In this document: in pieces, positions 50,611-61,320 of the stretch
How positions within the stretch are numbered: position 1 is the stretch's first letter
Layout of the letters: each line of letters begins with the position of its first letter
Source of the DNA: the human T2T-CHM13v2.0 reference genome, Homo sapiens
Strand: one strand, 5' to 3'
NCBI RefSeq assembly: GCF_009914755.1
Contig: NC_060930.1
Length of the DNA: 64,000 nt
Position numbers and translations under genes: made by a program
Notes under the pieces: generated by a model
What the model was told of the DNA's origin: nothing
Databases searched by the model: none
The model's input: the letters and a program-made list of their open reading frames with translations, nothing else

Positions 50611-53161
50611 GGATCCTTCCTTTTGATAGAGCAGTTTTGAAACCCTGTTTTTGTAGTATTTCCAAGCGGATATTTGGAACGCCTTGAAGCGTATGGTAGA
50701 AAAGGAAATATCTTCCCATAAAACCTAGACAGAACCAATCTCAGAAACGACTTTGTGATGTCTGCATTCAAGTCACAGAGTTGAACATTTCTCTTGATAG
50801 AGCAGTTTTGAAACCCTCTTTCTGAAGGATCTGCAAGTGGATATTTGGAACTCCTTTGGGTCTTCGTTGGAAACGGGATTTCTTCGTATAAATCTAGACA
50901 GAAGAATTCTCAGAAACTTCCTTGTGATGAGTGCATTCAACTCAGCGAGTGGCACCTTCCTTTGGATACAGCAGTTTTGAAACACTGTTTTTGTAGTATT
51001 TCCAAGCGGATATTTAGAGCGCCTTGAAGCCTATGCTAGAAATGGAAATATCTCCCCATAAAACCAAGACGGAAGCAATCTCAGAAACTAATGTGTGATG
51101 GCTGCATTCCACACACACGGTGGACCATTTCTCTTGATAGAGCAGTTTTGAAACACTCTTTCTGTAGAATCTGCAAGTGGATAATTGGACCTCCTAGAGG
51201 CCTTCGTTGGAAACGGGATTTCTTCATCTAAACCTACAGAGAAGTATTCTCAGTAACTTCTTCGGATGTGTGCATTCGACGCACAGAATGGAACATTCCC
51301 TTTGATAGAGCAGTTTTGAGACACCGTTTTTGTAGAATTCCCAAGTGGATATTTAGAGCACTTTGAAGTCTCTGCTAGAAAAGGAAACATCTTCATGTAA
51401 AAAGTAGATAGAATCGTTCTCAGAAAGTGCTTAGTGTTGTGTGCGTTCAACTCACAGAGTTTAACGTTTCTTTTGATAGAGCGTTTCTGAAACACCCTTC
51501 TTGTAGTAGCTGCAAGTGGATATTTGGACCTATTGGAGGCCTTCTTTGGAAATGGGATTTCTTCATGTAACTCTAGATTGAAGAATTCTCAGAAACTCCT
51601 TTGTGATGTGTGCATTCAATTCAAAGAGTGAAACCTCTCTTTTCACAGAGCAGTTTTGAAACACTGTTTTTGTAGGATTTCCAAGGGGATATTTATAGCG
51701 CATTGAGCCTACGGCGGAAAAAGAAACATCTTCCTATAAAAACTAGACAGAATACTTCTCAGAATCTGCTTTGCGATGTGTGCGTTCAACTCACAGAGTA
51801 AAACTTTTCTTTTGATAGAGCAGTTTTGAAACACTCTTTTTGTAGTATTTGCATGTGTATATTTAGAGCGCATTGAAGCCCACAGTAGAAAAGGAAATAA
51901 CTTCACCTAAAACCTAGACAGAAGCAATCTCAGAAACTACTTTGTGATGTGTACATTCAACTCACAGAGTGGAACTTTCCTCTTTATAGAGCAGTGTTGA
52001 AACACTCTTTTTGTAGAAACTGCAAGTGGATATTTGGACCTCTTTGAGGCCTTCGTTGGAAACGGGATTTCTTCCTATAACCCTAGACAGAAGAATTTTC
52101 AGAAACCTCATTGTGATGTGTGCGTTCATCTCACAGAGTGGAGTCTTCCGTTTGATAGAGAAGTTTTGAAACCCTGTTCTTGTAGGATTTCCAAGTGGAT
52201 ATTTAGACCACTTTGAAGCCTATGATAGAAAAGGAAACATCTTCATGGAAAACATAGATAGAATCATCCTCAGAAACAACTTTGTGATGTGTGCGTTGAA
52301 CTCACCGTCTTTAACCTTTCTTTTGGTAGAGAAGTTTTGAAACACTCTCTTTGTAAAGTCTACAAGTGGATATTTTGAGCCCTTGGAGGCATTCTTTGGA
52401 AAAGGGAATGTCTTCACATAAAAGGCAGACGGAAGTGTTCTCAGAAACTGCTTTGTGATGTCTGTGTTCAACTCACAGAGTTTAACATTTCCTTTGATAG
52501 AGCGGTTTAGTAACCCTCTCTTTGTAGAATTTGGAAGTGTATACTAAGAGCGCTTTGAGGCCTATGGTAGAAAAGGAAATATCTTTCCATAAAAGCTAGA
52601 CAGAAGCAATCTCAGAAACTCCTCTGTGATGTCTGCATTCAACTCACCGAGTGGAACATTCCTCTTGAGAGAGCAGTTTGGAAACACTCTTTCTGTAGAA
52701 TCAGCTTGTTTGTATTTGGACCTCCTTGAGGCCTTCGTTGGAAACGGGTTTTCATCTTATAAACCCAGACAGAAGAATTCTCAGAGTCTTCTTTGTGATG
52801 TGTGCTTTCAACTCACCGAGATAAAGATTTCTCTTGATAGAGCAATTTGGAAACACTCTTTTTGTAGAATTTGCAAGGGTACATTGAGAGCGCTTTCAGG
52901 CCTATGGTAGAAAAGGGAATATCTTTCCATAAAAGGTAGACAGAAGCAATCTCAGAAACTACTTTGTGATGTGTGCATTCAACTCACCGAGTGCAACGTT
53001 CCTCTTGACCGAGCAGTTTGGAAACATTGTTTCTGTAGAATCTGCAAGTGGATATTTGGACCTCTTTGAGGCCTTCGTTGGAAACGGGATTTCTTCCTAT
53101 AAACCCAGACAGAAGAATTCTCAGAGACTTCTTTGTGATGTGTGAATTCAACTCACAGTGT
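50611..53161 (+). repeat. 15-mer HOR type a
   Basis: 2551-bp BamHI spacing; type-a junction near 50890-50912. Confidence 0.93.
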
Positions 53162-56100
53162 GGATCCTTCCTTTTGATAGAGCAGTTTTGAAACCCTGTT
53201 TTTGTAGTATTTCCAAGCGGATATTTGGAACGCCTTGAAGCGTATGGTAGAAAAGGAAATATCTTCCCATAAAACCTAGACAGAACCAATCTCAGAAACG
53301 ACTTTGTGATGTCTGCATTCAAGTCACAGAGTTGAACATTTCTCTTGATAGAGCAGTTTTGAAACCCTCTTTCTGAAGGATCTGCAAGTGGATATTTGGA
53401 ACTCCTTTGGGTCTTCGTTGGAAACGGGATTTCTTCGTATAAATCTAGACAGAAGAATTCTCCGAAACTTCTTTGGTTGTGTGCATTCAAGTCACAGAGT
53501 GGAACCTTCCTTTGGATAGAGCAGTTTGAAACGCCGTGGTTGTAGTATTTCCAAGCGGATATTAGAGCGCCTTGAGGCCTATGGTAGAAAAGGAAATATC
53601 TTCCCATAAAACCTAGACGGAAGCAATCTCAGAAACTACTGTGTGATGGCTGCATTCCACACACACGGTGGAACATTTCTCTTGATAGAGCAGTTTTGAA
53701 ACACTCTTTCTGTAGAATCTGCAAGTGGATAATTGGACCGCCTTGAGGCCTTCGTTGGAAACGGGATTTCTTCATGTTACTCTAGATAGAAGAATTCTCA
53801 AACACTGCTATGTGATGTTTGCATTCAAGTCACAGAGTGCAACATTCCTCTTGGTAGAGCAGTTGGGAAACACTCCTTTTGTAGAATCTGCAATGGGATA
53901 TTTGGACTTCTTTGAGGCCTTCGTTGGAAACGGGATTTCTTCGTATGAATCTAGACAGAAGAATTCTCAGAAACTTCCTTGTGATGTGTGCATTCAACTC
54001 AGCGAGTGGCACCTTCCTTTGGATACAGCAGTTTTGAAACACTGTTTTTGTAGTATTTCCAAGCGGATATTTAGAGCGCCTTGAAGCCTATGCTAGAAAT
54101 GGAAATATCTCCCCATAAAACCAAGACAGAAGCAATCTCAGAAACTAATGTGTGATGGCTGCATTCCACACACACGGTGGACCATTTCTCTTGATAGAGC
54201 AGTTTTGAAACACTCTTTCTGTAGAATCTGCAAGTGGATAATTGGACCTCCTAGAGGCCTTCGTTGGAAACGGGATTTCTTCATCTAAACCTACAGAAAA
54301 GAATTCTCAGTAACTTCTTCGGATGTGTGCATTCGACTCACAGAATGGAACATTCCCTTTGATAGAGCAGTTTTGAGACACCGTTTTTGTAGAATTCCCA
54401 AGTGGATATTTAGAGCACTTTGAAGTCTCTGCTAGAAAAGGAAACATCTTCATGTAAAAAGTAGATAGAATCGTTCTCAGAAAGTGCTTAGTGACGTGTG
54501 CGTTCAACTCACAGAGTTTAACGTTTCTTTTGATAGAGCGTTTCTGAAACACCCTTCTTGTAGTAGCTGCAAGTGGATATTTGGACCTATTGGAGGCCTT
54601 CTTTGGAAATGGGATTTCTTCATGTAACTCTAGATTGAAGAGTTCTCAGAAACTCCTTTGTGATGTGTGCATTCAATTCAAAGAGTGAAACCTCCCTTTT
54701 CACAGAGCAGTTTTGAAACACTGTTTTTGTAGGATTTCCAAGGGGATATTTATAGCGCATTGAGCCTACGGCGGAAAAAGAAACATCTTCCTATAAAAAC
54801 TAGACAGAATACTTCTCAGAATCTGCTTTGCGATGTGTGCGTTCAACTCACAGAGTAAAACTTTTCTTTTGATAGAGCAGTTTTGAAACACTCTTTTTGT
54901 AGTATTTGCATGTGTATATTTAGAGCGCATTGAAGCCCACAGTAGAAAAGGAAATAACTTCACCTAAAACCTAGACAGAAGCAATCACAGAAACTACTTT
55001 GTGATGTGTACATTCAACTCACAGAGTGGAACTTTCCTCTTTATAGAGCAGTGTTGAAACACTCTTTTTGTAGAAACTGCAAGTGGATATTTGGACCTCT
55101 TTGAGGCCTTCGTTGGAAACGGGATTTCTTCCTATAACCCTAGACAGAAGAATTTTCAGAAACCTCATTGTGATGTGTGCGTTCATCTCACAGAGTGGAG
55201 TCTTCCGTTTGATAGAGAAGTTTTGAAACCCTGTTCTTGTAGGATTTCCAAGTGGATATTTAGACCACTTTGAAGCCTATGATAGAAAAGGAAACATCTT
55301 CATGGAAAACATAGATAGAATCATCCTCAGAAACAACTTTGTGATGTGTGCGTTGAACTCACCGTCTTTAACCTTTCTTTTGGTAGAGAAGTTTTGAAAC
55401 ACTCTCTTTGTAAAGTCTACAAGTGGATATTTTGAGCCCTTGGAGGCATTCTTTGGAAAAGGGAATGCCTTCACATAAAAGGCAGACGGAAGTGTTCTCA
55501 GAAACTGCTTTGTGATGTCTGTGTTCAACTCACAGAGTTTAACATTTCCTTTGATAGAGCGGTTTAGTAACCCTCTCTTTGTAGAATTTGGAAGTGTATA
55601 CTAAGAGCGCTTTGAGGCCTATGGTAGAAAAGGAAATATCTTTCCATAAAAGCTAGACAGAAGCAATCTCAGAAACTCCTCTGTGATGTCTGCATTCAAC
55701 TCACCGAGTGGAACATTCCTCTTGAGAGAGCAGTTTGGAAACACTCTTTCTGTAGAATCAGCTTGTTTGTATTTGGACCTCCTTGAGGCCTTCGTTGGAA
55801 ACGGGTTTTCATCTTATAAACCCAGACAGAAGAATTCTCAGAGTCTTCTTTGTGATGTGTGCTTTCAACTCACCGAGATAAAGATTTCTCTTGATAGAGC
55901 AATTTGGAAACACTCTTTTTGTAGAATTTGCAAGGGTACATTGAGAGCGTTTTCAGGCCTATGGTAGAAAAGGGAATATCTTTCCATAAAAGGTAGACAG
56001 AAGCAATCTCAGAAACTACTTTGTGACGTGTGCATTCAACTCACCGAGTGCAACGTTCCTCTTGACCGAGCAGTTTGGAAACATTGTTTCTGTAGAATCT

Positions 56101-56218
56101 GCAAGTGGATATTTGGACCTCTTTGAGGCCTTCGTTGGAAACGGGATTTCTTCCTATAAACCCAGACAGAAGAATTCTCAGAGACTTCTTTGTGATGTGT
56201 GAATTCAACTCACAGTGT
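53162..56218 (+). repeat. Canonical 18-mer HOR
   Basis: 3057-bp BamHI spacing. Confidence 0.93.
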
Positions 56219-59200
56219 GGATCCTTCCTTTTGATAGAGCAGTTTTGAAACCCTGTTTTTGTAGTATTTCCAAGCGGATATTTGGAACGCCTTGAAGCGT
56301 ATGGTAGAAAAGGAAATATCTTCCCATAAAACCTAGACAGAACCAATCTCAGAAACGACTTTGTGATGTCTGCATTCAAGTCACAGAGTTGAACATTTCT
56401 CTTGATAGAGCAGTTTTGAAACCCTCTTTCTGAAGGATCTGCAAGTGGATATTTGGAACTCCTTTGGGTCTTCGTTGGAAACGGGATTTCTTCGTATAAA
56501 TCTAGACAGAAGAATTCTCAGAAACTTCCTTGTGATGTGTGCATTCAACTCAGCGAGTGGCACCTTCCTTTGGATACAGCAGTTTTGAAACACTGTTTTT
56601 GTAGTATTTCCAAGCGGATATTTAGAGCACCTTGAAGCCTATGCTAGAAATGGAAATATCTCCCCATAAAACCAAGACGGAAGCAATCTCAGAAACTAAT
56701 GTGTGATGGCTGCATTCCACACACACGGTGGACCATTTCTCTTGATAGAGCAGTTTTGAAACACTCTTTCTGTAGAATCTGCAAGTGGATAATTGGACCT
56801 CCTAGAGGCCTTCGTTGGAAACGGGATTTCTTCATCTAAACCTACAGAGAAGTATTCTCAGTAACTTCTTCGGATGTGTGCATTCGACGCACAGAATGGA
56901 ACATTCCCTTTGATAGAGCAGTTTTGAGACACCGTTTTTGTAGAATTCCCAAGTGGATATTTAGAGCACTTTGAAGTCTCTGCTAGAAAAGGAAACATCT
57001 TCATGTAAAAAGTAGATAGAATCGTTCTCAGAAAGTGCTTAGTGTCGTGTGCGTTCAACTCACAGAGTTTAACGTTTCTTTTGATAGAGCGTTTCTGAAA
57101 CACCCTTCTTGTAGTAGCTGCAAGTGGATATTTGGACCTATTGGAGGCCTTCTTTGGAAATGGGATTTCTTCATGTAACTCTAGATTGAAGAATTCTCAG
57201 AAACTCCTTTGTGATGTGTGCATTCAATTCAAAGAGTGAAACCTCTCTTTTCACAGAGCAGTTTTGAAACACTGTTTTTGTAGGATTTCCAAGGGGATAT
57301 TTATAGCGCATTGAGCCTACGGCGGAAAAAGAAACATCTTCCTATAAAAACTAGACAGAATACTTCTCAGAATCTGCTTTGCGATGTGTGCGTTCAACTC
57401 ACAGAGTAAAACTTTTCTTTTGATAGAGCAGTTTTGAAACACTCTTTTTGTAGTATTTGCATGTGTATATTTAGAGCGCATTGAAGCCCACAGTAGAAAA
57501 GGAAATAACTTCACCTAAAACCTAGACAGAAGCAATCACAGAAACTACTTTGTGATGTGTACATTCAACTCACAGAGTGGAACTTTCCTCTTTATAGAGC
57601 AGTGTTGAAACACTCTTTTTGTAGAAACTGCAAGTGGATATTTGGACCTCTTTGAGGCCTTCGTTGGAAACGGGATTTCTTCCTATAACCCTAGACAGAA
57701 GAATTTTCAGAAACCTCATTGTGATGTGTGCGTTCATCTCACAGAGTGGAGTCTTCCGTTTGATAGAGAAGTTTTGAAACCCTGTTCTTGTAGGATTTCC
57801 AAGTGGATATTTAGACCACTTTGAAGCCTATGATAGAAAAGGAAACATCTTCATGGAAAACATAGATAGAATCATCCTCAGAAACAACTTTGTGATGTGT
57901 GCGTTGAACTCACCGTCTTTAACCTTTCTTTTGGTAGAGAAGTTTTGAAACACTCTCTTTGTAAAGTCTACAAGTGGATATTTTGAGCCCTTGGAGGCAT
58001 TCTTTGGAAAAGGGAATGTCTTCACATAAAAGGCAGACGGAAGTGTTCTCAGAAACTGCTTTGTGATGTCTGTGTTCAACTCACAGAGTTTAACATTTCC
58101 TTTGATAGAGCGGTTTAGTAACCCTCTCTTTGTAGAATTTGGAAGTGTATACTAAGAGCGCTTTGAGGCCTATGGTAGAAAAGGAAATATCTTTCCATAA
58201 AAGCTAGACAGAAGCAATCTCAGAAACTCCTCTGTGATGTCTGCATTCAACTCACCGAGTGGAACATTCCTCTTGAGAGAGCAGTTTGGAAACACTCTTT
58301 CTGTAGAATCAGCTTGTTTGTATTTGGACCTCCTTGAGGCCTTCGTTGGAAACGGGTTTTCATCTTATAAACCCAGACAGAAGAATTCTCAGAGTCTTCT
58401 TTGTGATGTGTGCTTTCAACTCACCGAGATAAAGATTTCTCTTGATAGAGCAATTTGGAAACACTCTTTTTGTAGAATTTGCAAGGGTACATTGAGAGCG
58501 CTTTCAGGCCTATGGTAGAAAAGGGAATATCTTTCCATAAAAGGTAGACAGAAGCAATCTCAGAAACTACTTTGTGACGTGTGCATTCAACTCACCGAGT
58601 GCAACGTTCCTCTTGACCGAGCAGTTTGGAAACATTGTTTCTGTAGAATCTGCAAGTGGATATTTGGACCTCTTTGAGGCCTTCGTTGGAAACGGGATTT
58701 CTTCCTATAAACCCAGACAGAAGAATTCTCAGAGACTTCTTTGTGATGTGTGAATTCAACTCACAGTGTGGATCCTTCCTTTTGATAGAGCAGTTTTGAA
58801 ACCCTGTTTTTGTAGTATTTCCAAGCGGATATTTGGAACGCCTTGAAGCGTATGGTAGAAAAGGAAATATCTTCCCATAAAACCTAGACAGAACCAATCT
58901 CAGAAACGACTTTGTGATGTCTGCATTCAAGTCACAGAGTTGAACATTTCTCTTGATAGAGCAGTTTTGAAACCCTCTTTCTGAAGGATCTGCAAGTGGA
59001 TATTTGGAACTCCTTTAGGTCTTCGTTGGAAACGGGATTTCTTCGTATAAATCTAGACAGAAGAATTCTCAGAAACTTCCTTGTGATGTGTGCATTCAAC
59101 TCAGCGAGTGGCACCTTCCTTTGGATACAGCAGTTTTGAAACACTGTTTTTGTAGTATTTCCAAGCGGATATTTAGAGCGCCTTGAAGCCTATGGTAGAA

Positions 59201-61320
59201 ATGGAAATATCTCCCCATAAAACCAAGACGGAAGCAATCTCAGAAACTAATGTGTGATGGCTGCATTCCACACACACGGTGGACCATTTCTCTTGATAGA
59301 GCAGTTTTGAAACACTCTTTCTGTAGAATCTGCAAGTGGATAATTGGACCTCCTAGAGGCCTTCGTTGGAAACGGGATTTCTTCATCTAAACCTACAGAG
59401 AAGTATTCTCAGTAACTTCTTCGGATGTGTGCATTCGACGCACAGAATGGAACATTCCCTTTGATAGAGCAGTTTTGAGACACCGTTTTTGTAGAATTCC
59501 CAAGTGGATATTTAGAGCACTTTGAAGTCTCTGCTAGAAAAGGAAACATCTTCATGTAAAAAGTAGATAGAATCGTTCTCAGAAAGTGCTTAGTGACGTG
59601 TGCGTTCAACTCACAGAGTTTAACGTTTCTTTTGATAGAGCGTTTCTGAAACACCCTTCTTGTAGTAGCTGCAAGTGGATATTTGGACCTATTGGAGGCC
59701 TTCTTTGGAAATGGGATTTCTTCATGTAACTCTAGATTGAAGAGTTCTCAGAAACTCCTTTGTGATGTGTGCATTCAATTCAAAGAGTGAAACCTCTCTT
59801 TTCACAGAGCAGTTTTGAAACACTGTTTTTGTAGGATTTCCAAGGGGATATTTATAGCGCATTGAGCCTACGGCGGAAAAAGAAACATCTTCCTATAAAA
59901 ACTAGACAGAATACTTCTCAGAATCTGCTTTGCGATGTGTGCGTTCAACTCACAGAGTAAAACTTTTCTTTTGATAGAGCAGTTTTGAAACACTCTTTTT
60001 GTAGTATTTGCATGTGTATATTTAGAGCGCATTGAAGCCCACAGTAGAAAAGGAAATAACTTCACCTAAAACCTAGACAGAAGCAATCTCAGAAACTACT
60101 TTGTGATGTGTACATTCAACTCACAGAGTGGAACTTTCCTCTTTATAGAGCAGTGTTGAAACACTCTTTTTGTAGAAACTGCAAGTGGATATTTGGACCT
60201 CTTTGAGGCCTTCGTTGGAAACGGGATTTCTTCCTATAACCCTAGACAGAAGAATTTTCAGAAACCTCATTGTGATGTGTGCGTTCATCTCACAGAGTGG
60301 AGTCTTCCGTTTGATAGAGAAGTTTTGAAACCCTGTTCTTGTAGGATTTCCAAGTGGATATTTAGACCACTTTGAAGCCTATGATAGAAAAGGAAACATC
60401 TTCATGGAAAACATAGATAGAATCATCCTCAGAAACAACTTTGTGATGTGTGCGTTGAACTCACCGTCTTTAACCTTTCTTTTGGTAGAGAAGTTTTGAA
60501 ACACTCTCTTTGTAAAGTCTACAAGTGGATATTTTGAGCCCTTGGAGGCATTCTTTGGAAAAGGGAATGTCTTCACATAAAAGGCAGACGGAAGTGTTCT
60601 CAGAAACTGCTTTGTGATGTCTGTGTTCAACTCACAGAGTTTAACATTTCCTTTGATAGAGCGGTTTAGTAACCCTCTCTTTGTAGAATTTGGAAGTGTA
60701 TACTAAGAGCGCTTTGAGGCCTATGGTAGAAAAGGAAATATCTTTCCATAAAAGCTAGACAGAAGCAATCTCAGAAACTCCTCTGTGATGTCTGCATTCA
60801 ACTCACCGAGTGGAACATTCCTCTTGATAGAGCAGTTTGGAAACACTCTTTCTGTAGAATCAGCTTGTTTGTATTTGGACCTCCTTGAGGCCTTCGTTGG
60901 AAACGGGTTTTCATCTTATAAACCCAGACAGAAGAATTCTCAGAGTCTTCTTTGTGATGTGTGCTTTCAACTCACCGAGATAAAGATTTCTCTTGATAGA
61001 GCAATTTGGAAACACTCTTTTTGTAGAATTTGCAAGGGTTCATTGAGAGCGCTTTCAGGCCTATGGTAGAAAAGGGAATATCTTTCCATAAAAGGTAGAC
61101 AGAAGCAATCTCAGAAACTACTTTGTGATGTGTGCATTCAACTCACCGAGTGCAACGTTCCTCTTGACCGAGCAGTTTGGAAACATTGTTTCTGTAGAAT
61201 CTGCAAGTGGATATTTGGACCTCTTTGAGGCCTTCGTTGGAAACGGGATTTCTTCCTATAAACCCAGACAGAAGAATTCTCAGAGACTTCTTTGTGATGT
61301 GTGAATTCAACTCACAGTGT
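56219..61320 (+). repeat. Two 15-mer HORs type a
   Basis: GGATCC at 56219, 58770, 61321 (2551 spacing). Confidence 0.93.
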
